A stretch of DNA of 64,000 nt. Source: Felis catus. Lineage: Eukaryota. The notes under the pieces were generated by a model. That model worked only from the letters and a program-made list of their open reading frames with translations, was not told the DNA's origin and ran no database searches. Below, piece by piece: positions 1 to 13,753 of the stretch; within the stretch, counting starts at the first letter, position 1, and every line of letters begins with the position of its first letter. The stretch spans positions 203,734,001 through 203,798,000 of the forward strand of contig NC_058368.1 in NCBI RefSeq assembly GCF_018350175.1. Reading direction: 5' to 3'. The position numbers and the translations under genes were made by a program.

Positions 1-1360
1 AATTTGAAAAGGTTATCATTTTACTTAATACGTTTTCTTCTTATATGCCTATTCTAGGTTCCTCTTTCTGGAATTCTTCCCCATTTTACTCAATTCCCAA
101 TCTTCTCAGGTGAATATAAATACCCTATAAAGAGTTAAAGGAATTGCAATCAAACTGTTGCAATGGGTGTCTCCAGATGGTAGGTGGGATTATGTTTAAT
201 TTTCTCTTTAATGTATTCCAAACTGTATATCTAAGCATTTATTATTTTCATCACTTAAAAAATGTTATTTTAAGAAAATCATACCTGCAGGGAAAAAAAA
301 TGTATTACTTGCATACAGAGAGGTCCCAGGATACCTACTAATCTATTGACATTTGAACATACAGAGCATGGAAGCAAATAATGATTTCAATATACAGTGA
401 TCTGAGCAGAAATTAAAAAGAAAGACTGGAGCCTCTATGTCCTTTTAAAAAGACCTCAATGATAGCTAAGGCATGCCTAAAAGCATATGTCAGTTGAAAA
501 AGACTGATTCTGAATACCACAGTGTGGTATCATACTGTTGAGAGACTCTGGAATGTGAAAAGAGCAGAGTAAATTGGTTTGTTTGTAAGAACCCAACATG
601 GGATATCTACTGTAGTCAGAGGACAGGTCTCAGAAAGGAATTTATTCTGGACGTGGTGGTTTGCTCTCAAGCAATCCAAGAGGAATAGAGTTGGTTGTTC
701 AACTATAAACACAGCAAATAATCCAACTCAGTTTATACTTTATGGAATCAATAGAAAGATGTTAGACAACATCAGAGTGGAGATGGGGAGAAATGGGCAA
801 ACTGGACAGTCCTACAAGGCTATTCTCACTACTACACCCTCCCAGAGACTCAGCAGGGAAATTTGCCCAATTGATAACAGGTTAAATTCACAACTGTAAA
901 TGCAGAATAAGAAATACCACATCTGGCTACCAAGAACAATTACAAGCAATTAAAAGGCACAAATAACCTAGAAGAACATATTCAAATATAAGTTTGAAAT
1001 GAACAATCAGGAAATCCCACCTGAGTTTTAGTGTCAAAACTACAGAGCTCTAAGTCAAGCGCAGGAAAAAGATCTGCCTTTCATTACATGCTATGGAGAG
1101 GAGAAAGCCTTAGCTGTGAGGATCATAGGTCTTTCTCTCTGGTTGCTTAGTTATTCAAAAGAAACATAAGGAAAAGAGGCTTCTCTGCCTAGGTGCATAT
1201 ACAGGGTATCAGAGAACAATTATATTACGATGTATGATATTTTTACAAGGTTACATCTGAAATTTTTCATTTTGTTCTCTCCATTGGTCATGCATTCTGG
1301 TCATGGAGCAATTGAAGAAAGTGGCAATATCTAATTCTATTCAGGTAGTGAGTCAAGAAT
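1..1360 (+). pseudogene. Decayed collagen Gly-X-Y segment
   Basis: GEY near 110 and GIA near 140; (G)VP-GYL near 320; GIN-(G)KM...(G)EM-GRN-GQT-GQS at 744-812; (G)II-GLS...(G)YS...GKE at 1119-1180. (G) marks a codon one substitution from Gly. Confidence 0.75.
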
Positions 1361-1361
1361 T

Positions 1362-2470
1362 ATATGTAAAAGCTAAAATTGTGAAGTTTACAAAACAAAC
1401 CATAAAGTATTTTCATGACCTTGGAATGGAGAAAAATATCTGAGACAAGACAATAATAACACTAACCATAAAAGAAAAAAAAAGATACAGTGAATTTTAC
1501 CAAATTTTAAAACTACTCCTCAAAAATTATAAACAAAATGAAATGGCAAGCTACACACCGAGGAAAATATCTTTAATAGATTCATCAAAGAACTCATCAA
1601 TTAATAACAAAAAGAGAAATCTAATTGTTTTAAATGGGCAAAACCTTGACATTCACAAAAAAACATGAATGAATGAATGAATGACCAATAAACATATGAA
1701 AAGGTGTTCAATATCATCAGTCATGGGGGAAATGCAAATCAAAACCACAATGAGATCTCATTACATACCAACCAGAACGTTCAAACTTAAGATGTACAAT
1801 ACCAAGTTTGGGCAAAAATGTGCAGCAACTGAAATATTACTTATTGTTACAGGGCAGGTAAAGGAGTACAACCACTTGTGAAAACTGTGTACCAGTGTCT
1901 ACAAAAGTTAAACATCACCTACTTAATGACTCAGCAAATTCCACTCCCAGGTATATTCCAAGATCAATAAATGCATATGTCAACAAAAAGCCCTGTACAA
2001 AATTGTCCATAGCAGCTTTATTCATAACTCCAAACTGAAAACATGGATGTTTATTGGAAGTATAGATAAACAGCAGCACAATGCATACAAAAAATTATAC
2101 GGGAATGGAAAGGAAACTACTACTAATTTGAAGTTAGTAACTTGTAACTTGAAGAATCTCAAAGCATTTTCCTAAGCAGATCCAGGCACAGAATAGTACG
2201 TGATGTACTATTTCATTTATGTAAAATCCAGAAACAAGAAAAAAACAATCTATGATAATAGAAGTCAGAATGGTGACTGCCTCCGGCGGGGGTAAGGGGA
2301 TGTGGGCTGACTGCAAAAAGGCACAAGGGAACTTTCTGTGGTGTTGAAAGCGTTCCATATCTTGATTTGGTTGGTGGATACATGAGTGTATATGTTTATA
2401 AAAATTTCAGAGTATATACTTAAGATCTGTGCATTTTACGGTATGAAAATTGTCCCTCAGCAAAAAAATT
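1362..2470 (+). mobile_element. Old L1 (L1M-type) ORF2 3' end and 3' UTR
   Basis: ORF 1681-1881 (NKHMKRCSIS...[14 protein letters not shown]) resembles the L1 ORF2 C-terminus; followed by a typical old-L1 3' UTR and an A-rich end. Confidence 0.85.
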
Positions 2471-2717
2471 AATCAGAAAAACAGAGCTGAACAATAGACT
2501 TTAAGTGAACCAAGGCTTGTAAAAAATGCTTACAAACAACAACAAAAATGCTTTTAAAGCTATGTTCTGAGTGAGAATAATAAAAAAGAGATATGCCTCT
2601 TTACTTGGCCTATTTCCACCTGCTCACCATTTCTTTTGCTTCCATCTACTTGGCAAAGTTGAATAGCTTTTACACAAAGCGGGATAAGACAGAGTTGAAA
2701 TCTCAAAGGAACCGATT

Positions 2718-2860
2718 ATTAAACCCTGGCTTTGCCACTAACTACTCTTGTGATCTTAGGTAAGTGGCTTCACCCATACCTGGCCCTCTGCTTCCTCATC
2801 AGTAAGATGAGGGCCAGACTAGACCATTTCTAAGGCCCCTACCAGCTCTATCCTTCTGTG
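2718..2860 (+). mobile_element. MIR-family SINE fragment
   Basis: Core motif ccctggctttgccactaact...tgtgatcttaggtaagtggcttc...cttcctcatcagtaagatgagg. Confidence 0.75.
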
Positions 2861-4463
2861 TGTAATTCCAAATGTGATTTCTGCAGCTTAATACAAAGAA
2901 CAGCACCCAGAGTTATATGGTGACCTAATGAAAACATTTGGCACCATTAGTAGACCTGGAATCTGGCAGATATTTTAAAATGTTGGGCTGCCAAGAAAAG
3001 CTTACCAAGGTCATAAGCCTATTCCACAATGATATATTGGTCATGCTAGTGTTGACAGCATCTCATATGATCCCCTCCCAATTGCAAGACCATGAATGGG
3101 ATCCAGGGATACCTAATTCTTTGTATGCAACCCTGTTAAGGGATTCGAGAGAAGACTTGGAAGCTGATATTAAGATCTGTTCCCAGTACTTTGGAAAACC
3201 TTTTCAACTCATCAGACCAAGCACTCAAGAAGGAACAAACAACCAATGCCCTAAATAAAAGCATTCCTGTGGGCTTGAAAAGTTGCAGTACCATTACACA
3301 AACTCCTTTTTTCTAGGTTACCATGTTTAATTTCCAGAAATGTTAATAGATTACAGTGTACTAGAGGACTATAAAGATGCTGATTCTTCTTTACCAGATA
3401 TTAATGTCTTCTATAGATTAAAAAGTAGCAGCTTGCCCAACTCCCAAACCTATAAGAAACCAATACAAAAGTACAATGAATTCTGTAGAAACAGCACTAA
3501 TTTATTCATTCCTCAAGGGCATGATTTAGTACATTTCAATAATAACTGGCAGTCCATGGGTAGCCTACATGATTTATCACTCATCTCCGAGAGCCCTTTC
3601 AGTCCAAAGAATAACAGGACCTTCTCCTTCCTAAGGCATTCATGGTTCATGACTAAAGAATAAAGAACATTTTTAAAGCAAATCCAAAAGTGATTTCATA
3701 AAGGGCAAAGAACTGGATTTCAAATTTTGTTGTTAATCACGTACATTCATCCTGAAGGCATCCTAAATGTAGTAAGTACATACATCATTTTCTGCAAGGG
3801 TTATTTGTCTATTCATTTGTTTCTTTGTTTTTGTGGTGAAGATAGTTTTCGTTTTCTGGAGTATACCCTGACTTCTCACTAATAAAAATGACTCCAAATG
3901 GATGAAGAAGAATTGGAGAGTGGAAAAACTTCAGACAGATATTGATCATATTTCAGTCTTGTGGTGTGGAAATGATAGGCACAAAATTAGATCAAAACAT
4001 GCCAAGCAAATCTGTCGATTCTTGAAGCAGGGTGTATCTCTAATTAACTTACATTTAAGTATAGTTATTAAAAAATAGACATTATTAATAAAAAGAAGAT
4101 ATATGGGAGTCTTTTCATAATTAATCTCAAGAAAGAATGAATTCTCACCAAATAAAATATTCTTATTTCACATATCACAGTATGGAATCTGTACCTGAAA
4201 ACCACCTTAGGAAGATTAACTGCTTTAAGTGCATCCTAGTTTTTGTTCTCTTCATGTGGATCTTTTCTTGGACAGCAAACTTCAGAGCCTTTTTCAAATA
4301 TACGTTGCTTTATTCAAAAAAAAACATGCCTAAAAATCTTGATCAGGCAGGAACTCATTCAAAGCAAATTTCGTTAAGGACTGTTTTTGCTGTTCTTTTC
4401 CCATTCTGAAGGCTGTGAACAGTGTAGGAAAATTTGTGCTACTTCAGCATTTAAGTGAGTTTC

Positions 4464-4681
4464 TAAAATTTTCTTTTTTCAACGTTTATTTATTTTTGGG
4501 ACAGAGAGAGACAGAGCATGAACGGGGGAGGGGCAGAGAGAGAGGGAGACACAGAATCGGAAACAGGCTCCAGGCCCTGAGCCATCAGCCCAGAGCCCGA
4601 CGCGGGGCTCGAACTCACGGACTGTGAGATCATGACCTGGCTGAAATCGGAAGCTTAACCAACTGCGCCACCCAGGCGCCC
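4464..4681 (-). mobile_element. Young felid Can-SINE (SINEC_Fc-like)
   Basis: Reverse complement of GGGGCGCCTGGGTGGCGCAG...(CT)n-AAATAAAT. Perfect 19-bp TSD cagcatttaagtgagtttc at 4445-4463 and 4682-4700. Confidence 0.95.
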
Positions 4682-5024
4682 CAGCATTTAAGTGAGTTTC
4701 AAAAGCATTCTTAACACTCTGGTCTTCCAATTGTATGCACGTGTAGAAAGAAGCTTAGTGTTGTTTCCAGGCTTCAGTCACAAAGACTTTTAAATTTTCT
4801 TTTCGGAAAGTTTTAAGATTCTCTAGAGAACCACCGTTAGTAACAGAGAATGAATTCTAGGAAAGCAACCAACCAGCACTGAAAGACACCTTGAACAGCA
4901 TAGCCCATTAGAAGTCTTAGGACAACACAGACTAATTAAACAATAGCCTCAGTTTATAATTTACTTGCTGATGAGGCTCTCTCCAAAGTACCTGAACAAG
5001 ATGTATCATGGAGTTTTCATAATA

Positions 5025-5643
5025 CAGTTTATTCTCGTTATTCATGGATTGTGTTATTCAACTTACCAACTCACTAAAATGTACCTGTAACCCCAACATC
5101 ATCGTTCATGGCACTTTCTGTCATTCATGGTCATACTCCAAGCAGCAGAAACTTGAGGTACCCTGCATGCACATTCCCAACTGAGGTCAAAAGCTGCCTT
5201 TGTTTCAGCCCTCAAAATGTTCACAAGTATCTTTTTCAGTCTATTCAGTGATATTTTCTGTTCTTGAGATTTTTGTTGATTTTGTTGCTTACAATGCCTT
5301 CTGAGTATGTACTGAAGTGTTGCCTACTGTTGCTAGGCACAAAAAGGCTATTTTGTGCCTAACAGTGAAAATAAGTGTTAGATAAGCTTCATTCAGACCT
5401 AAGTTATAGTGCTTTCGGCAGTGAGTCCAATGTTAATGAATCAACTATATATTAGCTAAGGTATCTTTAAGCAGAAACATATATAAAATAAGGATATATA
5501 TTGATCGATGAAAATGTTGTAACCAGAAGCTCCCAGGAACTTAACCATATTTCCCCTAGGAGCATTGATTTGGTATTCACTAACTCAGTGTTTGTAAGGA
5601 ATTTATAGAATATATAACCACAGCAAATAATGAGAATCTATTG
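5025..5643. mobile_element. Tigger-family non-autonomous DNA transposon (MER82-like)
   Basis: Terminal inverted repeats cagtttattctcgttattc / caaataatgagaatctattg flanked by TA duplications; internal sequence resembles MER82 as I recall it. Confidence 0.8.
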
Positions 5644-5879
5644 TAAGTGTACCTATTACAATAAAAAATAATAAAGGAGTCTAAAATCTTCTCATGTCTA
5701 GAAGGCTTAGTCAACTGTTGATATGTCTTGGCAGTAACTAAAAATATTTTTATATTGTTATTCCTTTATTGCACAATTATACCCATAGTGAAAAAAAACT
5801 TAAAAGGCAAACAACAAAATAGAAAACTCTTCATAAAGCTACCAGAGAAAACTATTGATAATATTTTCATGTTTAGATT

Positions 5880-7720
5880 TATAGAAGAGTGTGTGTGTCT
5901 ATTTACTGTGATGTAAACTGACATTTTCATTCCATGTGCTGTGTATATCTTTCCATCAATAAACAGTTTTATAGTTACCTGGTATATCGTTTTATAGATA
6001 TTATATTGTATATATTTAAGTAGTTTCACATATATGTACACATTTTGTCATAAATAACACTATAATAAATATACTTGTTTATACAACATTGTAAACTTGT
6101 ACAATTGCTTCCTTGGGAAAAAAACTAGGAGTGGGAATGTCAAGTGGAGAGGTTTTGATACTTGTCAAAATATATTCAAAAGGTTGGGTCAAATAACATA
6201 CTTATCTGACTGTACGAAAATGATTTCCTTACAATCTTACTAATGCTGTGCGCTGGAATGCTTTTTAAAGTTTTCTGATAGGCCCTGATAAATTAAAAAA
6301 AATTATTTACCATTGTGGCTCTAATTTGAAGATTAATTCTAGTAATTTGAATATACTTTCATGTTTACTGGACTCTCTCATTTGTGAAATGCATTTTCAT
6401 AAATTTTTTTCTATACAGCTATTGAAGAATTCACCTTTCACTCATTAGTTGATCAGAAATCATTTTATATTAATGGCTATGCTATCATATGTTGCAAGAA
6501 TTATTTCCAGCATAGTATTTTTTTTCCTTTGTTCATATATGTATTAAGTTTCTTTATATTTGGTGGTAAATAATTTTTTAACCATCACATAGATCATTCA
6601 AACTTTTTTTACGTTTCTGCTTTTGACATCATGCTTCCAAAATTCTGTAACTATACAATTAACATTATCTTCCGGTACTTTATGGTTTAAATCTTTACGT
6701 TCAATCACTTGTAACTAACAGATGAATTAATCTGTAAATAACTATTGGATGGAATGAGTAATGTTGAAAATATAGACCGTCATGGAAAGTCTATGTCCAA
6801 TTTACTAAATTTTAATTAGGAGTAGGTGAGGAATATTACTAAAAAGTACATTTTTAGCATCTGTCATCATAAGGGTTTTTCTCCTCTCCTTTCTTTATGT
6901 AATGAATTATTTAAATACATTTTCTAATGCTGGACAATTCCCACATACTTGAAATAAAGCAGATAATTAATACATATGTAAAACTGATTTTTAATATCTT
7001 CTTAGGATTTTTGCACTGATATTCAGAAGTGTGTTAGGCCTTTGGGATCTATGCTTATCACATTCTTACATTAAGGTTATGCTGCCTTTATAACGTGAAT
7101 TGGAAAGTCTTTTATGTACTGGAAACTTTTTCTATAGCTGGGAACTGCTATTCTCTGAAGACTGATCTCTGAAATACTCATCTGTCAAACCACCCAAACC
7201 AGCAGCCTTTGGAGAAACTATTTTTGACAGCTTTTTTTTTTTTTTACTTCAAACGTGTTCATTGTCATATTTAGATTGTCTCTTTCTTATTTTGATGCTT
7301 AGCATTTTTGTTTAAAATCAATCATTTTGATTAAATTTTCCTACTATCTAACACTTTACTCTTTCAGTCCCACCCATATTTATTTTGTCCCCATTCTTTT
7401 TCCTGATATTATTTGTATTTATGTCTTCTCTCATTTTCATTAAACTTGTTGCTTTTACAAAATAAGGAATTTCTGGATTTTTCAATTTGAAATTTTTTTC
7501 TAGATTGTATTCTTTTCTTCATTCTATTTTCCACACATTAGCTTTTTTGTTGTTTTTTTTCACTAGCTTCTTGATTTGAAGTCTCATATCCAAAAAATTT
7601 TATGTAATATTCTTTTTGATAATGCAGCTACTTTGGAAAAGATTCTATATCATTTTGTTTTGCAATATTTCTTCATATATTCCACATTAACTTTTTTCCT
7701 TACTCATCTTTAAACAAGAC
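5880..7720 (-). mobile_element. Very old L1 (L1ME-like) fragments
   Basis: T-rich tract with degenerate antisense L1 ORF2/3' UTR phrases; boundaries approximate. Confidence 0.55.
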
Positions 7721-8104
7721 AAAATATGGTAAGACCAACGTCCATCCACACACAATCTATTGAATTGCCTTTTTCAATTCTCTATACACTACAGTAATCA
7801 ATTTTAAGTCATTAGTTAGATTCACTGGGTAAAGTGCTCAGCTTCTAGCCTTTTCCTGATTTTCTCAGATTGAAACCAAGAGATATTTCTGCTCTAGCAT
7901 AGTGGCATTTCTATATGCTTACTGTTCTGATACCCCAAATGAATTGTAATAAATAAAAAAAAACCTGTAATCCCAGATAATACTAGACCAGCATCTCTTT
8001 TACAGCTCTTTCCTCATGCAGAACAAAGTCTCATCGTGCATGAACCACCATCAGGTCTTCCTCATTCTTGAGCAGTCTCTAATCTAAAATTTGAAGTTAT
8101 CTGT

Positions 8105-9340
8105 CTAGTTACTAAAAGAGGATAAAAAGGGAAAGGGAGCTAAGTAAAGACAAAGATAGAGATTGAGGACAATGAGAAGAGTGCTCGGGTCCTGCATTAT
8201 ACACCACAACAAGTAGTTGGAGGTATATAGCTTTCTCCTGTGAGCTCTGTTTTGAAAAGCAAACAATCTGGAGGCATAACGTGGGCTCCGCCTAATTCCT
8301 GACACAGGGTGCAGGCCTGGCATAAGGGAAACGTAAGCCTGGAGCATCTTGTGATTCCAGAAAGAAAGAAAGTGCTCAAAAAACAAAATAAGAACATACA
8401 AAAATGGCACAGAAGCTATTCTAAGAGTCCCCAGTGGACAACACCAAAAACAAGTTGAGCGACAAAATAAAAAACTGAATTATAGCTGAATTGTAACTCT
8501 CCCCCACACCCAAGTATACATGAGATAACAATGAAATAAATAAGTAGGTAAATAAATGGAGATTAAGGACTATTCTTTAGTGAAAAACCAATCAATAAAT
8601 GCAGGAGGAATGAGAGAAATAGGAAAGAACCAATAGAACACCACAACAACCACTGCTGCAGGCAAGATCTACTGATGAATGCTTACATTATTGAGTAGAC
8701 TTTAAGCAGAAAAGGGGCAGTTGCAAAATCTCAAAGTATCTCTCCCAAAATATTTAGTAATTACAAAGAAAAATAGAGTAACTTTATAGTGGAAAATTCT
8801 GGTAAATACCAGCTTAGCCAAGTGGTCAGGTTAACATCACTCTCAATGCACAGTGACATCATGTGCCCCCTAATATGATGCATTAATGAGGGCACATCAC
8901 TGCTGTGGTATCCTTCCCTATAACAAATAACCTTAACCTACCCTTGACAAAACAGTAGACAAACCCAAAGTAAGAGATGTTCCATAATATAAGGGACCAA
9001 TTCTCTCCAAAGTGTCAAGGCTATGTAATAGACAGACTGAGGAACTGTCACACATTGGAAGAAACCAAGAAAACACAACACCTAAATGCAACATGGGAGG
9101 CTGGATTGGATCCTGGATCAGGATAACAGGATTAATAAAAACAACTGGTGAAATGTGTAGCTAAATTCTAAACTAAATTCTGTATTTTCATTAATAGTAT
9201 TGCACTAAGGTTAATCTCAGCTCTGATGAGTTCTTCCGGTTATATGACATGTTAACAGAAAGGGAAACTGGGTGAAATATATTCAGAAACTATTGTTTTT
9301 ACAACTCTCCTGGAAATATATCTCAAATTTAAAAATTTTA
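8105..9340 (+). mobile_element. L1MC/L1MD-type 3' UTR
   Basis: Characteristic motifs ggttaacatcac...tgacatcatgtgcccc, aaatgcaacatggg...ctggattggatcctgga and gggaaactgggtgaa, then an A/T-rich end. Confidence 0.7.
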
Positions 9341-9554
9341 AAACTTAATTTGATAAAAAATATTCACATAAACTTCATGATTCCCTGATACATACCTAAT
9401 AAAATACCAATCTGTAAACAAAATCTTTATTCACTTTGCCCTTAACATTCTAACCATTCAAAATTCTAAAATTTCTTTTAGCCATAAGAACATTTTCTTG
9501 CTCTGGAATTCATGAAAATAGAATCTGTACATAGGTAAAATTTTGTTCAACACC

Positions 9555-9745
9555 ACCCTGTAGGAATTTGGGCTCAGGGAACTGGTATAAGAAAATGCTG
9601 ATAATCTAGCTGCTGATATTAACAAAGTCCTTTGTCTCTGGCCCAATTCTCCTGTGGTATGCCAGCATCCATAAAACCGTAGCAAGTCTAACTTGCTGGC
9701 TTGTAAGAAAAGTAGAAACCTCAGACTCTTCAGAGTTCCTGACAT
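9555..9745 (+). mobile_element. ERV LTR 3' fragment
   Basis: aaagtcctttgtctctg...gccagcatccat...cctcagactcttcagagttcctgaca, ending in the LTR-type CA. Confidence 0.5.
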
Positions 9746-9999
9746 ACTCAGTTCTACTTTCTTGTACAAAAGAAGAGTAATACAGGGGCTGAAAACTCAA
9801 ATGCCTAATATGCTCAGTAGGTGATATAAATAAACGAAGCAAACCAGATGGGAGATGGTGACCAACTGGAGAGTTCACTCCTTGTTGAAAAGGTACAACT
9901 GCTACTCCAACTGATTACTATAGACCCGGTGCTGCCAAACTATCTGTTTTTTTTTAATGAGAAATCAAACCTTTTATATATAAGTAATACCCAAACTCT

Positions 10000-10950
10000 G
10001 ATTAAAAAATCCTAATGCATGTTATGAGCTCAACAAATACGGATCACCATTGTCATAGATATTGCTACCTTAGTACCTTCGTCTGCAGGTTAGATGCCAA
10101 AAGACAGAGATCTAGTGTCTTCTGCTTACGGACCGCACCAGATAATCCATTAATGAATTTCGTATGTTTTCCCGCATTTCAAATCTGTTTCATATTTACA
10201 GAAAACATAGAGTAGGTGCTGTCACAATTTGTTCTTTAGACTCACCCAGAGAGAACGTGACTAGAATATACAGGGCAGCAGAGAAATTCAGGAAAAAGAA
10301 ATTAAACAATAAAATTCTCAAGATCAGACCTATGTTTTGCCTCCACAATCTGTCTTTGGAGAAATGAGGCCTGCAGTTTCAGGGAAAATGAAACACTGTA
10401 TTTTGTTTATTGGTTATTCAATCAGATATGCACTGCTGAGTCTTTTAACATTGTGTTTTAGCTGCTCTGCATTTGCTGGCTAACGATAAAAAAAATGTAT
10501 ATTAAAATAAGATGCTCATAAGAACATCAAAGATTGAATAAAAATTTGGGCTGCTCCATTTTGCACTACAAAAATGCCTAAATCTAGAATTTTCTCACAA
10601 TTTGAATATCCTATCTTTATAGGTGCTTTTTATATAATAATCTCCATAACAAAGTCAAAATATTGTCTGAGAATTTCATAAAACTATCCAGAGTCTCAAT
10701 CCAAAGGACTTAAAGGAAGATATATCATTCCCAGTTATTCCTTATTTCAAAGGCCTTAAACCCCAAAGTGACGCTCACAAAACAGTAACAAACATGTGGA
10801 GAGACAAGGAAAATAAAGAATTTAAAATAGATGTTATCTTTGCCAGACAATTCATACTCAGGGAAACCAAAGCTTGGGCTTTTAAAAGTATCCTGTGATC
10901 TGAGTTGTGTAGCTGAATGGGCCAACACGATGTTTTTTTGTTTTTTTCCA
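10000..10950 (+). pseudogene. Decayed collagen Gly-X-Y segment
   Basis: GSP near 10041; (G)SL-(G)SP-(G)EN-(G)TR at 10230-10265; GEM-(G)PA...GKM at 10358-10390; GLK-GRY-xIP-(G)YS-xFQ-(G)P* from 10706; GKP at 10861. Confidence 0.8.
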
Positions 10951-11254
10951 AGTGTACTGTGTCCCCTCCAACCACAGAGCCACTGTTATGCTACCCCATG
11001 AAATGCTCTTCCCCCTCCTTCCTACCCATGCCCAATCTTCCTTCAGCTCTCAATTCACTTGCTATGTTCACAGGAAAGCCCATTTCCCTCACTCTCTCCT
11101 AGCACTGCCTACCTACCCTCTTCCTGCATCACTCACCACAGTTATCATCAGTAGAATAAAGTCCATATTCCCACTAGACTGTAAGTAGGACCCGAGAAGA
11201 CAGAACGCACTTCTGTTTTTATTTTCCACAGAGTAATGTGCTCACCAAGATAAG

Positions 11255-11513
11255 TGTACTCTTAATTCCCAAAACTTGTTTCACCCATCCTCTCACCCAC
11301 CTCCCCTCTGATAACCACCTGTTCTCTATAGTTGAGTCTGTTTTTTGGTTTCTCTCTCATTTTTTTCATTTGTTTTTTGAATTCCACATATGACTGAGAT
11401 CATATATTATTTGTCTTCCTCTGACTTACTTCACTTAGCCTAATACTCTCTAGCTCCATCCACGTTGCAGCAAATGGCAAGGTTTCATTCTTCTTTGTGG
11501 CTGAATATTATTC

Positions 11514-11565
<52 letters not shown>

Positions 11566-12020
11566 ATCCCACTTCTTTATCTATTCATCTATCAATGGAC
11601 ACTCAGGCTGCCTCCATAATTTGGCTATTGCAAATAGTGCTGCAATAAACATACTCTTTTGAATTAGTGTTTTGTATTCTTTGGGTAAATATCCAATAAT
11701 GGAATTATAGGATCATATGACAATTTTATTTTTATTTTTTTGAGGAAACCCCATACTGTTTTCCACAGTGCCCTGACCAGTCTGCATCCCCACCAACAGT
11801 GCAAGATGGTTCCTTCTTCTCCACATCCTTATCAACACTTGTTACTTCTTGTGTTTTTTATTTTAGCCCTTCTGACAGGTGTAAGGTGGTATCTCATTGT
11901 AGTTTTGATTTGCATTTCCCTGATGATGAGTGATGTTGAGCATCTTTCCATGAGTCTATTGGTCATCTGTATATCATCCTTGGAGCAATTTTTGTTCATG
12001 TCTTCTGCCCATTTTTTCAG
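11255..12020 (-). mobile_element. L1 3' end (carnivore/L1MA-type) with internal (TG)n
   Basis: Antisense ORF2 C-terminus signature ([24 protein letters not shown] read on +) and 3' UTR. Confidence 0.9.
11516..11562. repeat. (TG)n microsatellite
   Basis: Seen directly. Confidence 0.95.
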
Positions 12021-12517
12021 ATTCTTTTTTGGTGCATCAACGGGTTATTTAGAAATACACTGCTTAATTTCCAAATAATGGGGATTTTTTTTCATGTCTT
12101 ACTATTAATTTATAACTTCATATCATTGTGGCCAGAGAACATAGTCTATATTATTTCCATTCTTTCAAATTTATAGACACATTGGTGAATGTCCTTAAAA
12201 AATGCATATTCTGCATTTATATGGCTGTACTGATGTAGGACAACTGGGATGAATGAATTAAATCTTATTCACTATTTAATAGTGTTATTCAAGTCTTCTT
12301 ATACTTCTTGATTTTCTACTTGTTCCATCAATTGCTAGCTAACTGAAGACTATTGAAATCTCCAGCTATAATTGTAAATTTTTATATTTATCCCTTCAAT
12401 TCCCTCAGTCTTCCCTTTGTGTATTTTGAAGCTCTGTTAAATGCAGCTTTACTTAGGATTATTAACTTCTGGATGAATTAATACAATCAGTCTTATATTT
12501 TTAAGATTAATATTTGC

Positions 12518-12727
12518 GGGGCGCCTGGGTGGCTCAGTCGGTTGGGCAGCCGACTTCGGCTCAGATCATGATCTCGCAGTCCGTGAGTTAGAGCCCCGTG
12601 TTGGGCTCTGTGCTAACAGCTCAGAGCCTGGAGCCTGGTTCAGATTCTGTGTCTCCCTCTCTCTGACCCTCCCCCGTTCATGCTCTGTCTCTCTCTGTCT
12701 CAAAAATAAGTAAACGTTAAAAAAAAA
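12518..12727 (+). mobile_element. Felid Can-SINE
   Basis: GGGGCGCCTGGGTGGCTCAG head, (CT)n and A tail. TSD taagattaatatttgc at 12502-12517 and 12728-12743. Confidence 0.95.
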
Positions 12728-12959
12728 TAAGATTAATATTTGCAAGGTATGTTTCTCAATCTCTTACTTTTAACCTGTGCTTTACGTGTATTTTTCTCAT
12801 AAATAGCACATAATTAGGTCTTGCTTCTTCTCCAGACTGAAATATATTTTAATAGTGACTATATCAACATTAAATGTGGTTATTAATATTAAATACCACC
12901 TTATAATTTTTTTATTATTCCATCTTTTTTCCCTCTTTTCCTGCTTTCTTTACAAACTT

Positions 12960-13076
12960 TGTTTTCTGGTTTTTGTTTTTGTTTTTTTAAGTAGGCTCCA
13001 TGTCCAACATGGAGTTGTGAGTTCAACCCTGAGATCAAGAGTCACATGCTCTACCATCTGAGCCAGCCAGGCCCCC
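12960..13076 (-). mobile_element. Older Can-SINE fragment
   Basis: taggctccatgtccaacatggag...gagatcaagagtc...tgagccagccagg. Confidence 0.75.
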
Positions 13077-13753
13077 TTTTCTTGCTTTTTTAGATTAAGT
13101 AATTTTTATATTCCATTTCATGTCCCCTATCGTTTTTTAATCTGTCCTTTATTGTTTTAGTGGCTGTGCTGAAACTCACAACAGGCATCTTAAATTTATA
13201 GTTATATCACTCCACACTTAAAGTAAGAATTTTATAAATCTATTATTTCCATTTACAACCCCCCCCCTACTTTGTGGTAATGTTTTTATAATTTTTCTTC
13301 TACATAGGATATAAATCCTACAATACACAGTTCTTGTTTTGCATTAAACATCAATTATCTCTTAAAAGAAATCAGTAACTCAAAAAACTATTTTGTTGTC
13401 TGCATACTGATTATCTCTGGAACTCTTCATCCCTTCTTACAGTACAAGTTTTCACCTGGTATTGTTCTCCTTGTGCCAGAACTTCCTTTAAAATTTCTTT
13501 TAGGGCAGGCATGCAAGAGGTTGACGTTGGAGGTTTTGTGTATTTGACTATGCCTTTATTTCATTCTTATTCTTGAAAAATATTTTTGCAGAATTGTAGG
13601 TTGACTTTTTTCTTCCCTTTAGGACTTTAACAAGTCATTGTTGTCTTCCAACTTGCACAGTTCCTGATGAGATGTTAGTAGTTATCTTTATTGTCACTCT
13701 ACTATATACAATGTGTCATATTTCTCTGGCTGCTTTAAAAATTTTCTTTGTCA

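Larger units (their letters stand above)
2480..5750 (+). pseudogene. Decayed collagen Gly-X-Y segment, interrupted by MIR, SINE and MER82
   Basis: GTI-(G)RP-GIW at 2940; (G)YI-GHA-(G)VD-(G)IS near 3030-3065; (G)HE-(G)DP-GIP at 3088-3114; xLP-(G)IN-(G)FY-(G)LK-(G)SS at 3388-3432; GED-(G)FR near 3835; GLP near 4721. Confidence 0.75.
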
